Below are positions 23,315 through 33,469 of a DNA stretch of 38,232 bases, in pieces. Origin of the DNA: a virus (lineage: Duplodnaviria; Caudoviricetes); the IMG/VR virus record IMGVR_UViG_3300030376_005856, positions 1 to 38,232 of that record; one strand, given 5' to 3'. Position numbers and translations under genes: made by a program. The notes beneath the pieces were generated by a model that saw nothing but the letters and a program-made list of their open reading frames with translations, had not been told where the DNA came from and ran no database searches. Numbering within the stretch: position 1 is the first letter of the stretch; each line of letters opens with the position of its first letter.

Positions 23315-25577
23315 TAAAGTAGCTTTGATAGACAAAGCACCAAACAGAACAGATTATGTCACTCATTTTCAGAATGAATTTGAGTTTGACCATTACCATT
23401 TGTGTAGTAATCCAGATATTAAAAAAGTTTTAAAACGTGACGTAGATATCGATATTAACATTGATGACTACGACTGGGTCATTCTCGTAGGAAGTGAGGC
23501 GCTACAGCAATTCACACCTGAGAGATCAATCACAGAGCATAGCGGGAGACTTATAGATGATAAATTCCTCCCAGTTATCAATCCTGCTATGCTCGCCTTT
23601 AGACCAGAGGCGAGACGCACTTGGGAGGACTCACTAAAAAGTATCTTAGGATATGTTAGTGGGGAACTAAAACCAGTAGATATATCTACAGAGTCATTCT
23701 ATGGAATTGACAATAAGGAAGAGGCAATTGAATGGATAAACAAAGCGCTAAACGCTCCAACAGGTTATATCTCATGCGATACAGAGACTACGGGTCTGTA
23801 CCCAAGAGACGGTCATATTTTAGGACTCAGTCTCGCTTACTGCAGAGATCATGCAGTATACATTTTAACAGACGTGGTAGACGAGGAAGTGGAGGTTTTA
23901 CTCCAGAAGCTCTTTACCAAAAAGATCACTGTGTTTCACAACGCAAAGTTTGACTTGGCAATGTTAGAGTATCATTTCAACTTTGAGTTTCCTCGTATAG
24001 AGGACACAATGCTAATGCATTATATGTTGAATGAGAACCCTGGCACGCACGGACTAAAACAACTAGCCTTAAAACACACAAAGTATGGAAACTATGAACA
24101 AGATTTACATAATTACATAGCTGATTATTGTAAACGAAACGGAGTTTTAAAGTCACAGTTTACTTGGGAGTCTATCCCATTTGATGTGATGCAAGTATAT
24201 GCCGCAATGGATGCCGCAGTTACGTATGAACTTTACGAGCTTATGCTAGAAGCTCTAAATAAAAATCCAAAACTAGTAAAAGTATACAAGGATATTCTTA
24301 TTCCTGGTATGCTATTCTTAAAAGACTGTCAAGATAATGGTGTTCCTTTTGATCGTAGAAGATTAGAAGAAGCCCAGAACTTGATGGAAAAAGATATACA
24401 AGACGCCATTGAGAAGCTCTATAGTTTTAAAGAAGTAAAATTATTCGAACAAGCTCAAGGCAAAGAGTTCAATCCAAATAGTACAGTACAACTACGTAGT
24501 TTATTATTTGATGCGATTGGATTACAACCTACAGGTAAGAAAACAGGAACAGGGGCACACTCTACTGATGCAGAAGTCTTAGGACAACTCGCAGAGCAGC
24601 ACCCTGTACCTAACCTGATATTAGACATTCGTCAGAAGTCTAAAATTAAAAATACTTATTTAGATAAGATCATACCACAGCTTGATAGAGATAGTAGATT
24701 AAGAACTAACTTTAATATACATTCCACAACATCAGGCAGACTTTCTTCAAGTGGTAAATTGAATATGCAACAGATACCTCGTGACAATCCGATTGTTAAA
24801 GGTTGCATCAAAGCAAAAGAAGGTAATCAGATAGTCGCTATGGATTTAACAACTGCAGAGGTATATGTAGCAGCCGCACTATCTGGAGATAAAAATCTAA
24901 GTGAAGTATTTAGGTCTGGAGGCAACTTCCATAGTACGATTGCGAAGTTAGTATTCAGACTTCCTTGCGAAGTCGATGAGGTCGCTGAACAGTATACATT
25001 TGAAAGACAAGCTGCTAAAGCTGTTACTTTCGGTATAATGTATGGGGCGGGACCGAATAAGATTTCCCAGCAAGTAACAAAGGACTCAGGCTCTCATTTT
25101 TCTGTGCAAGATGCACAAGGAGTTATCAATCAATACTTTGATCAATTCAGCAGATTGAAGCACTGGTTAGAAGAGCAGAAAGAGTTTATTGAAGCCAATG
25201 CTTACTTATACTCTACCTTTGGTAGAAAGCGTAGGCTTGAGAATGTAAGAAGTGCTGATAAAGGTATTGCAAGTCATGAAGTAAGAAGTGGTATAAACTT
25301 CCTAGTTCAATCTGTGTCATCTGATATGAACTTGCTTGCCGCAATAGATATGAATAACTATATAAAAGAAAATGGACTCAAGAGTAGAATATTCGCTCTT
25401 GTTCATGACTCTATTCTTGCTGAGTGTCCACATCATGAGATCGAGGCATACAGTAAGAAACTAGAGGAGTTTGTTCAAATGGATAGGGGCATCTATATAA
25501 ATGGTGCACCTGTTGGTTGTGACTTTGAAATAGGTGATGACTACAGCATGGGCAAATACACTAAAATGTATGGTTAG
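23307..25577 (+). CDS. polA: family A DNA polymerase with 3'-5' exonuclease
   Basis: DTET, HNAKFD, YAAMD exonuclease motifs; RQAAKAVTFGIMYG and VHDS polymerase motifs. Confidence 0.97.
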   Translation: MTNKVALIDKAPNRTDYVTHFQNEFEFDHYHLCSNPDIKKVLKRDVDIDINIDDYDWVILVGSEALQQFTPERSITEHSGRLIDDKFLPVINPAMLAFRPEARRTWEDSLKSILGYVSGELKPVDISTESFYGIDNKEEAIEWINKALNAPTGYISCDTETTGLYPRDGHILGLSLAYCRDHAVYILTDVVDEEVEVLLQKLFTKKITVFHNAKFDLAMLEYHFNFEFPRIEDTMLMHYMLNENPGTHGLKQLALKHTKYGNYEQDLHNYIADYCKRNGVLKSQFTWESIPFDVMQVYAAMDAAVTYELYELMLEALNKNPKLVKVYKDILIPGMLFLKDCQDNGVPFDRRRLEEAQNLMEKDIQDAIEKLYSFKEVKLFEQAQGKEFNPNSTVQLRSLLFDAIGLQPTGKKTGTGAHSTDAEVLGQLAEQHPVPNLILDIRQKSKIKNTYLDKIIPQLDRDSRLRTNFNIHSTTSGRLSSSGKLNMQQIPRDNPIVKGCIKAKEGNQIVAMDLTTAEVYVAAALSGDKNLSEVFRSGGNFHSTIAKLVFRLPCEVDEVAEQYTFERQAAKAVTFGIMYGAGPNKISQQVTKDSGSHFSVQDAQGVINQYFDQFSRLKHWLEEQKEFIEANAYLYSTFGRKRRLENVRSADKGIASHEVRSGINFLVQSVSSDMNLLAAIDMNNYIKENGLKSRIFALVHDSILAECPHHEIEAYSKKLEEFVQMDRGIYINGAPVGCDFEIGDDYSMGKYTKMYG

Positions 25578-26049
25578 ATTTGATTTAGTATACCCAGTTT
25601 ATGTTTTAAACTCAGATAATATCTGGGAACAAGATGGCATAGTCTTTATTGAAGACCAAGTGCTTGATGATTTAAACCAAACTGGGGATACTATTGGGCA
25701 GAGAAGGTTGAGGACACCTTTGAAAAATTTATTCCCACTTAAGTTTCAAATTGATAATGTAGTGGGGCTTATAAAACATAGAGGAAAAAACTATGTTGAC
25801 ACTTCGGGAAAGTATTTCTACTACGAAAAGTCAACATTTACACAGTTGATATGTCATAAAATACGGAAAGTTGAGGACAACATAGAGTCGTCTACGATTT
25901 GGCTAAAAGACATTAACTTTTCTTTTCTAGAAAAACGTCCTCCAAAGAGTACCGAGTCGTGGGCACAAGTGCTATACCTAAACGGTCTACCATGGGTTAT
26001 CTACGACTTTCTTGAACAAAAGAAAAATCCGACAAGGCGAAAAATATGA
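25570..26049 (+). CDS. conserved T5-like hypothetical protein
   Basis: lies between pol and D10 as in T5; C-terminal TRRKI. Confidence 0.75.
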   Translation: MVRFDLVYPVYVLNSDNIWEQDGIVFIEDQVLDDLNQTGDTIGQRRLRTPLKNLFPLKFQIDNVVGLIKHRGKNYVDTSGKYFYYEKSTFTQLICHKIRKVEDNIESSTIWLKDINFSFLEKRPPKSTESWAQVLYLNGLPWVIYDFLEQKKNPTRRKI

Positions 26050-27326
26050 AAGCAGTACTAAGTAATAGAATCTATATGAACGCGACTCCAAGTCAGCAGT
26101 CAGCTATTGACAGCACGCTTACATATACAATACCAAACCATGATCCACGAGATCCCCCTACAACAATTAAGAACATGGGGATTATCCGTAAAGATTTAAT
26201 TACTTTGCCAAGTGGTAGAGAAGATTTAATTCCAAAAGATTATGAAGTAGTTGATAAAAGAGTGACAAAGCCGATAGAATTTCCTACGTTTAAGTTTGAA
26301 CTACGACCAAGCCAGCAAGAAGTTTTTGACAAAGTCGACAGCAGTTGTATTATAAACGCTTGGGTAAGCTGGGGTAAGACATTTACTGCCTTAGCAATCG
26401 CATCAAATCTTGGTCAAAAAACTTTGGTTGTTGTTCATACTTTAGCTCTGCTAAAACAATGGCAAACAGAGGCGAAAAAAGTCTTTGACATTGATGTAGG
26501 AATTATTGGTGCAGGTAAATTCAATATGGACAGCCCCATCGTAATCGGGAGTGTCCAGAGTTTATACCGTCGAGTCGCAGATATTTCTGACCAGTTCGGA
26601 ACTGTGATTTTAGATGAAATGCATCATGTAAGTAGTCCTACTTTTGCTAAAATTGTAGATAAAAATAAAGCAAGATATAAGATTGGATTATCAGGTACGA
26701 TTGAAAGAAAAGATGGTAAACATGTAGTGTTCAGAGATTACTTTGGACAAACAGTACATAAGCCACCAAAAGAAAACTATATGACCCCTAAGATAGATAT
26801 AATATCTTCAGACGTAAGATTTATGGATGGGCAGAACATACCGTGGGCAAATAAGGTTACACACCTCTCTTACCAAGAGGAGTATGTACACTCTGTTGCT
26901 ATGATAGCAAGTGCCTACGCAGCTAAGGGTCATAAAGTTTTGGTTGTCTCAGACCGAGTAGAGTTTCTAAAAACTTGTGCTAAACTGAGCGGCGATGAGG
27001 CTATAGCAATTACAGGAGATATACCTCACGAAGAACGCCCAAAACTGATGAAACAGCTTTGGCATGATAAAAATATTTTATATGGTACACAGTCTATATT
27101 TTCAGAAGGTGTATCACTCGATTGCCTTAGCTGTCTTGTCTTAGGAACTCCTGTAAATAATGAACCTCTACTCACTCAGCTAATAGGACGTATCATCAGA
27201 ATCCATGAAGATAAGTCCCAGCCTGTTGTAGTGGATATAAATTTAGTAGGAAAAACGGCACGGAGACAGGCGAACAATAGACGAGGCTACTACATGAAGC
27301 AAGGGTACGAGGTAAATGACCTATGA
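26046..27326 (+). CDS. D10: SF2 helicase (T5 D10, UvsW-like)
   Basis: GKT, DEMH, SGT, Q..GR..R motifs. Confidence 0.93.
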   Translation: MKAVLSNRIYMNATPSQQSAIDSTLTYTIPNHDPRDPPTTIKNMGIIRKDLITLPSGREDLIPKDYEVVDKRVTKPIEFPTFKFELRPSQQEVFDKVDSSCIINAWVSWGKTFTALAIASNLGQKTLVVVHTLALLKQWQTEAKKVFDIDVGIIGAGKFNMDSPIVIGSVQSLYRRVADISDQFGTVILDEMHHVSSPTFAKIVDKNKARYKIGLSGTIERKDGKHVVFRDYFGQTVHKPPKENYMTPKIDIISSDVRFMDGQNIPWANKVTHLSYQEEYVHSVAMIASAYAAKGHKVLVVSDRVEFLKTCAKLSGDEAIAITGDIPHEERPKLMKQLWHDKNILYGTQSIFSEGVSLDCLSCLVLGTPVNNEPLLTQLIGRIIRIHEDKSQPVVVDINLVGKTARRQANNRRGYYMKQGYEVNDL

Positions 27327-27337
27327 AAAAATACTTC

Positions 27338-27366
27338 TTGACAGGAGTTGAATTTTTTAGTATAAT
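27338..27366 (+). promoter_or_regulatory. consensus sigma70 promoter
   Basis: TTGACA-17-TATAAT. Confidence 0.8.
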
Positions 27367-27368
27367 AT

Positions 27369-27767
27369 ATGATACGATATAATTGGAAAAAGATCGCTAA
27401 AGACAGTAGAAACAAGGTTTCTGATATCTTACTTATTGTGTGGTACGTGACTTATCAATACCCGCCAACAAGTAAGCGTGACAGACTCTTTAAATTCTAC
27501 GGAAAAGATTATTCAGGCGATAGTTTTTTACTAAATCCTGAGTTCATTTATAAGCATCGTAAGTCCGCATCTGATTCAGAGTGGGCAGAGTACATCGCTG
27601 TAGCATCTTTTAGAAGTTATAACGAATATTTAACAACAAATAAATTAACAATAGAACTAGCACGACTTCCCAAAGGCGTGCAGAACATTATTAAAAAGAA
27701 TAGGCTACTTAAGATCGAAGATGGACAAGTTCATTTTAGATATGAGAAGTCACAAAAGGAGAAATAA
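27369..27767 (+). CDS. conserved T5-like hypothetical protein
   Basis: SFLLNP, AEY..AS.RSY, NRLL motifs; precedes D11. Confidence 0.75.
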   Translation: MIRYNWKKIAKDSRNKVSDILLIVWYVTYQYPPTSKRDRLFKFYGKDYSGDSFLLNPEFIYKHRKSASDSEWAEYIAVASFRSYNEYLTTNKLTIELARLPKGVQNIIKKNRLLKIEDGQVHFRYEKSQKEK

Positions 27768-27769
27768 AA

Positions 27770-28420
27770 ATGGCATTAAAATTTGCACAATTAGAAGGTA
27801 AGGCTAAGAAGTCTTCCATAAATCAGTTTCAATATCAAGACGGCGACAACGTCGTAAGAATGGTAGGAGATATCCTTCCTAGATACGTATATTGGATAAA
27901 AGGTGAGAACGCAAAGAACATTCCTATGGAGTGTCTTTCCTTCAATCGTTCTACAGAGTCTTTTGACAACAAAGAAAAAGATTGGGTAAAAGAATACCAC
28001 CCCGAAATGAAATGCGGTTGGTCGTACGCAATACAATGTATTGATCCAAAAGACAAGCAAGTCAAAGTCCTCAACTTAAAGAAAAAATTACTGGAGCAAG
28101 TAATGCTTGCTGCAGAAGACCTTGGTGACCCTACTGATCCTGAAACAGGTTGGGATGTTCACTTTAAAAGAGTTAAGACTGGACCAATGGCTTTCAACGT
28201 TGAGTACCAATTACAGGTGCTTAGATGTAAAACTAGAGCATTAGATGAAGACGAAAAAGAGTTGATAGAAGGGTTGAAATCTATGGATGAGGTACTTCCT
28301 CGCCCAAGCGCTGATGCTCAAAAAGAACTATTAGATAGAGTTAGAGCAGGTGGTAGTGATACTCCTGATGCAGAAGTTGCCTCTGAATTTTCAGATGGCG
28401 AAGGAGAGCAAAAATGGTAG
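27770..28420 (+). CDS. D11: T5 D11-like ssDNA-binding protein
   Basis: LPRYVYW, KTGP..NVEY, acidic C-terminus; synteny. Confidence 0.85.
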   Translation: MALKFAQLEGKAKKSSINQFQYQDGDNVVRMVGDILPRYVYWIKGENAKNIPMECLSFNRSTESFDNKEKDWVKEYHPEMKCGWSYAIQCIDPKDKQVKVLNLKKKLLEQVMLAAEDLGDPTDPETGWDVHFKRVKTGPMAFNVEYQLQVLRCKTRALDEDEKELIEGLKSMDEVLPRPSADAQKELLDRVRAGGSDTPDAEVASEFSDGEGEQKW

Positions 28421-28923
28421 TTGTAGGGCAAGAGTTCCCCGAGTTTAAGATGTCTACTTGTGAAAGAGACAATAATCTTGGAACTGTAACTCAAGATGAT
28501 ATTGACTCTGAATGGACAATAATGTATTTCTATCCAAAAGATTTTACATTCATCTGTCCGACAGAGATTGCAGCTTTTGATGAAATGTCAGAAAGAGCTC
28601 AAGTTATCGGAGTAAGTGGGGACAATGAGTTTTGTAAACTCGCTTGGAAACAAGACAATGACCTCATACGAGATATAAACCATACGCTTGCAGCAGACTC
28701 AGGCATGGCACTAGGCTATGAACTAGGAATAGTAAGTGAGGAAGAAGGTGTTCATTATAGAGCGACATATATTATTGATCCAAATAATATAGTTCAACAC
28801 CTATCTATAAATGCATTAGATACAGGCAGAAGTGCACAAGAGATTAATAGAACTCTTGCAGCACTTCAAGCAGGTGGTTTAACAGGTTGCAGTTGGCAAC
28901 TAGGAGATGATTTCGTAGCATGA
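28414..28923 (+). CDS. ahpC: peroxiredoxin (AhpC/Prx1)
   Basis: FYPKDFTFICPTE peroxidatic motif; RATYIIDP. Confidence 0.93.
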   Translation: MVVVGQEFPEFKMSTCERDNNLGTVTQDDIDSEWTIMYFYPKDFTFICPTEIAAFDEMSERAQVIGVSGDNEFCKLAWKQDNDLIRDINHTLAADSGMALGYELGIVSEEEGVHYRATYIIDPNNIVQHLSINALDTGRSAQEINRTLAALQAGGLTGCSWQLGDDFVA

Positions 28924-29876
28924 TTTTATTTACAGCAGATTGGCATATAAAACTAGGACAGAAGAATGTACCCGTAGAGTGGGCTACAAACAGATACCGT
29001 GAGTTTTTCGATCAGATTAAGACGATTGAGAAAGACGTTGATCTGCATATCATTGGGGGAGATTTATTTGATAGACTCCCCTCAATGCCTGAGTTAGAAT
29101 TATATTTTGATTTTATTAGTGGAGTTACTATTCCAACAATTATTTTTGATGGAAACCACGAAGCTACTAAAAAGAATAAGACGTTCTTTACTCAGTTAAA
29201 ATCTGCAACTCAAAGGTTAAACCCTTTAGTTACTGTCATTGATGAAATAACAGTAACAGAACAATACACTATATTACCGTATTGTTATTTACATAGGAAG
29301 TGGAATCCAGTATTGGACTTAAATATAAGAAACCCTCTATTCACACACGTTAGAGGATCTATACCACCCCATGTGTCTCCTGAGATAGATCTCAATAAGT
29401 TAGCACAGTTTCCGATTGTGTTTGCAGGAGACTTACATAGTCATTCTAATACTCAATTAAATATTGTATATCCAGGTAGTCCAATGTCTACCCAGTTTCA
29501 CAGAACAAAAGTGCAGACAGGATATCTATTAATTGATGAAGATAGTTGGGAATGGGAATGGAAGGAGTTTAAACTACCACAACTAATTCGAAAGACGGTG
29601 ACAGACCCGAACGCCATGATCCCAACTACATACGACTATACGATCTATGAGCTAGAGGGGGATGTCGCCGATCTTTCATTGATAAAGAACTCAGAATTAC
29701 TTGATAAAAAAGTAGTCAAAAGAAAAACAGAAGCAACTCTCATACTCGATTCAGATATGAGTATGGAAGAAGAGCTAGCAGAATACTTGAGTTATATTCT
29801 GGAATTAAAGGAAGAAACAGTAACAAACATTTTAGGAATATTTCATGATAACTCTAAAAACGCTGAAGTGGGATAA
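28920..29876 (+). CDS. D12: SbcD/Mre11-like nuclease (T5 D12)
   Basis: ADWH, GGDLFD, GNHE, GDLH. Confidence 0.92.
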   Translation: MILFTADWHIKLGQKNVPVEWATNRYREFFDQIKTIEKDVDLHIIGGDLFDRLPSMPELELYFDFISGVTIPTIIFDGNHEATKKNKTFFTQLKSATQRLNPLVTVIDEITVTEQYTILPYCYLHRKWNPVLDLNIRNPLFTHVRGSIPPHVSPEIDLNKLAQFPIVFAGDLHSHSNTQLNIVYPGSPMSTQFHRTKVQTGYLLIDEDSWEWEWKEFKLPQLIRKTVTDPNAMIPTTYDYTIYELEGDVADLSLIKNSELLDKKVVKRKTEATLILDSDMSMEEELAEYLSYILELKEETVTNILGIFHDNSKNAEVG

Positions 29877-31641
29877 CTGCTTTAGTTATGGAAAAGATAA
29901 CCATATTAATCTTAACAATAGTACTCTCACTCAACTGGTGGGTACCAATGGCATGGGCAAGTCTTCCATTCCACTTATTATCGAAGAAGCCTTATACAAC
30001 AAGAATAGTAAGGGCATCAAAAAAGCGGATATACAAAATAGATTTGTAAATGCAGGATATAATATAAACCTTACTTTTGCTGTAGAAGATACAGACTATG
30101 CGATAGATGTACGCAGAAGTAGAGGAAGTATAAAAGTTAAATTATTTGAAGGTGACGAAGATATTAGTAGTCATACTGCAACTAATACTTACAAAACAGT
30201 CGAGCAGATACTGGGTCTGGACTTTAAAACATTTACCCAACTTGTTTATCAGAATACAAACGCATCTTTGCAGTTTCTAACAGCAACAGACGCTAACAGG
30301 AAAAAGTTTTTGATAGACTTGTTAAACTTGGAAGATTATGTCGCATACTATGACGTTTTTCGTGAGCTTGCAAGGACTTCAGGTCAGCAACTTGCGGAAC
30401 TAGATGGAAAGTCGAAAACTATTGTAAAATGGTTAAATGAAAATAAATTGAGTGATAGTACCATACTTCCAATGATAAAATTACCAGAATATTCGGAAAA
30501 AGATGAGAAAGAACTACGTTCTTTATCTATAGATTTTGAAAATATCGCAGAAAAAAATCAAAAAATTAACGAAAATAATACATATAAGCAGTTATTTTCC
30601 CAGCTAGATATGAAATTATTACAAAGTAAATTAGCTGAGCCAGAGTCTTTTGATGACTTAATTTCTAAGAAAGGCAGACTTGGCGGATATGTTTCTGAGT
30701 GGGAAAAGAAAGAAGAAAAGTATAAAAACTTAGAAGGCACCTGCCCAACTTGTGAGCAGTCTATTCCAGAAGACTTTGTTGAAAGATGGATAGTAGAAGC
30801 ACAAGAGCAAGTAGAAGAACACAGAAACCGACTAGGGGAACTAGACGTAGAAATACAAGCTAGGATAAAAGAAAAACAAAAGTATAAAGAGTATGTAAAT
30901 ACGAAACGAGAGTTTGAAGATTTACATTCTCGAATAGATAATAATTTACCTAGCGAAACACTAGATGGCGGTGATTTGGCTGTTAAGATAAAAGAGTTGA
31001 AAGATAGTATCACTCACGCCAAATCGCAGATACAGGAAATAGCAGAAGAAAATGAAGAAAGAACCAAGAAAAACACAAGGATCCAAGTTATCCTTGAGCA
31101 AACAGCAGAGTTTGAAAAAGAACTTGAAGAAATTACGGAAAAATTATCTAAAGTCGAAGAGACCGCAGGACACATAGAAGTCCTCAAGAAAGCTTTCTCC
31201 ACCAACGGTCTTATTGCATATAAGATTGAAAACATGGTAAAAGAGTTAGAAGATTTAGCGAACGACTATTTAGCAGAATTAAGTGACGGACGATTTAGCA
31301 TCAACTTCGTAGTAACAAATGACAAGTTGAATGTAGAAGTCACAGATGAAGGAAATATTATTGATATAACGGCACTAAGTAGTGGCGAATTGACCAGAGT
31401 TAACACAGCGACTTTAATCGCTATACGAAAATTGATGAGTAGTATATCGAAAAGTCGTATTAATGTTCTTTTTCTTGATGAAGTCATAAATGTACTTGAC
31501 GAGCAAGGAAGAGAGAAGCTAGTAGAAGTTCTATTGAGAGAAGAAGGTTTAAATACATATATTGTATCTCACGGCTGGACTCACCCTCTTTTAGACAAGA
31601 TTGAAGTCTTAAAGACTGATAATATAAGTAGATTGGAATAA
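29845..31641 (+). CDS. D13: SbcC/Rad50-like ATPase (T5 D13)
   Basis: G.NG.GKS, CPTC zinc hook, LSSGE, LDE. Confidence 0.93.
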   Translation: MITLKTLKWDNCFSYGKDNHINLNNSTLTQLVGTNGMGKSSIPLIIEEALYNKNSKGIKKADIQNRFVNAGYNINLTFAVEDTDYAIDVRRSRGSIKVKLFEGDEDISSHTATNTYKTVEQILGLDFKTFTQLVYQNTNASLQFLTATDANRKKFLIDLLNLEDYVAYYDVFRELARTSGQQLAELDGKSKTIVKWLNENKLSDSTILPMIKLPEYSEKDEKELRSLSIDFENIAEKNQKINENNTYKQLFSQLDMKLLQSKLAEPESFDDLISKKGRLGGYVSEWEKKEEKYKNLEGTCPTCEQSIPEDFVERWIVEAQEQVEEHRNRLGELDVEIQARIKEKQKYKEYVNTKREFEDLHSRIDNNLPSETLDGGDLAVKIKELKDSITHAKSQIQEIAEENEERTKKNTRIQVILEQTAEFEKELEEITEKLSKVEETAGHIEVLKKAFSTNGLIAYKIENMVKELEDLANDYLAELSDGRFSINFVVTNDKLNVEVTDEGNIIDITALSSGELTRVNTATLIAIRKLMSSISKSRINVLFLDEVINVLDEQGREKLVEVLLREEGLNTYIVSHGWTHPLLDKIEVLKTDNISRLE

Positions 31642-31871
31642 TGACAGCAAGAAATAGGAGAAGATGCTTTAGAATGAACAAAACAAAACAGACAGTAGAT
31701 TTTATACACTCATCAGATTTAGATGAGTTTGCAGCCTTTTGTCGTCGTATGTGGTTAGATTACTGCGACGAACATGGGACTGTTTTTGGAGGTATATCCC
31801 TCTCATACGAGGAGTATACTAGTAAATATGGCGATTATTTAATGGAGAAATATGGCGCAAGTAAGAAGTGA
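31641..31871 (+). CDS. hypothetical protein (start uncertain)
   Basis: coupled ORF; MWLDYCDE. Confidence 0.6.
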   Translation: MTARNRRRCFRMNKTKQTVDFIHSSDLDEFAAFCRRMWLDYCDEHGTVFGGISLSYEEYTSKYGDYLMEKYGASKK

Positions 31872-32190
31872 TTATATCGAAGTAGAGAGCGTCCCTAAGC
31901 CAATTAAAGACAATTTAATTGTAAAACGAGGAGAAGTTGAAGCAAAGGAAACGAGTGGAGGGATAATTATCCCTGATTCATCGCGGAGACTTGATAATAG
32001 TGGCACAGTAGTTGGGCTCGGTGACTATGGAAAGCTAACTCGTACTGGGGTACAAGTTCCCTTCGAAGTAAAAGTAGGAGACAGAGTGTATTTTGAATGG
32101 CACGCTGCACAGAAAAAGGTAAAGGTTGGAAACGACTTTTATGTAATATTAACAGAAAAAGATATTCTATTCGTAGAAGAGGACGACTAA
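31852..32190 (+). CDS. groES: co-chaperonin GroES (Cpn10)
   Basis: KP..D...V, TSGGIIIP mobile loop, VKVGDRV, E.DIL. Confidence 0.92.
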   Translation: MAQVRSDYIEVESVPKPIKDNLIVKRGEVEAKETSGGIIIPDSSRRLDNSGTVVGLGDYGKLTRTGVQVPFEVKVGDRVYFEWHAAQKKVKVGNDFYVILTEKDILFVEEDD

Positions 32191-32630
32191 TGGTAGACCC
32201 AAGAGCAAAAGGCGCAACAGGAGAGCGTCAAGTAAAAGAATTACTAAAAACACATACCAACTTAGATTTTGAAAGAGTACCAATGTCAGGCGCACTTGAG
32301 TTTATGAAAGGTGATTTGTTTGTACCAAACGAAAAGAACAATTACTGTATAGAAGTAAAAAATTATAAAGATAATCATTTTACTGACAAAGTAATTAGTA
32401 CAACATCTAACCAATTTATAAAATGGTGGGCACAGTCAACAGAACAGGCAAAAAGAGCTAGTCAAAAGCCTGTACTCTTTTTCAAGTACAATAGATCAAA
32501 AATTTATGTCGCTCAAGAAGATGAGCCACAAAAGGTTGATAGGTGGATGTATGTAAAGCACTTGGATTGTTATGTTTGTTTAGCTACGGATTGGCTAATC
32601 TTTGAACAACCGAGGTTTATAAATGGCTAA
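32190..32630 (+). CDS. D14: T5 D14-like Holliday junction resolvase (PD-(D/E)XK)
   Basis: KG..GE, RVP.SGA, GD, IEVK. Confidence 0.85.
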   Translation: MVDPRAKGATGERQVKELLKTHTNLDFERVPMSGALEFMKGDLFVPNEKNNYCIEVKNYKDNHFTDKVISTTSNQFIKWWAQSTEQAKRASQKPVLFFKYNRSKIYVAQEDEPQKVDRWMYVKHLDCYVCLATDWLIFEQPRFING

Positions 32631-33465
32631 AAGTTTCATGGATATGGGGAGCGAAGCTCCTCGTGAAAGAGTAATAGTTATTGATGCACTTAATCTAGGA
32701 TTTAGATGGAAGCATCAAGGTCGAACGGATTTTGCAGACGATTATATGCGTACTGTAGAGTCTCTTGCCAGCTCCTACAACTGTGGCAGTATTGTCATAG
32801 CTGCAGATTGGGGGAGCAGTACCTTTAGACAGGGTATATATCCTGAATATAAAGGAAACAGAAAAGAAAAATACGAAAAGCAAACACCTGCAGAAGCAGA
32901 AGCTTTTCAAAAATTCATAGAAGAAATGGAACGCACTCTTGCACTTATGGACAAGAGATGGTGTGTTCTGCGCTTCAAAGGAGTGGAAGCTGACGATATT
33001 GCAGCTTACATAGTACAAAATAGAGAACAGTATGGAATCGATCACATATGGTTGATGAGTACTGATAGAGATTGGGATTTACTTATAAGTCCAAATGTGT
33101 CACGCTTTTCTTATATAAATAGAAAAGAAACTACACATGAAAACTGGAGTAAGGATCATAATTATTCCGTAGAAGAGTATATCACAATCAAATGTTTGAT
33201 GGGAGATTCTGGAGATAATGTACCAGGCATACCACAAATCGGTCCGAAAAGAGCAGAAGGTCTAGTAAAAGAGTTTGGAAGCGCGTTTGATATTTATGAC
33301 GCAGCACCATTCAGTAGTCGATATAAATATATGCAGTCACTGAATGAAAATATAGACCAGTTGCTTACAAATATGGAACTGATGGACTTACTCGCGTATT
33401 GCGAAGAAGCCATTGGGAGCGAAAACACAGTAACAATCGACAATTCATTGTCAACATATATTTAG
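32623..33465 (+). CDS. D15: flap endonuclease / 5'-3' exonuclease (T5 D15)
   Basis: YKGNR, EADD, DRDW, GD.GDNVPG. Confidence 0.94.
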   Translation: MAKSFMDMGSEAPRERVIVIDALNLGFRWKHQGRTDFADDYMRTVESLASSYNCGSIVIAADWGSSTFRQGIYPEYKGNRKEKYEKQTPAEAEAFQKFIEEMERTLALMDKRWCVLRFKGVEADDIAAYIVQNREQYGIDHIWLMSTDRDWDLLISPNVSRFSYINRKETTHENWSKDHNYSVEEYITIKCLMGDSGDNVPGIPQIGPKRAEGLVKEFGSAFDIYDAAPFSSRYKYMQSLNENIDQLLTNMELMDLLAYCEEAIGSENTVTIDNSLSTYI

Positions 33466-33469
33466 AAAG

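Noticed and set aside
27361-27371. another leaderless gene
   Set aside because: The ATG is only 2 nt after TATAAT, too close to be at +1; start or promoter assignment is uncertain
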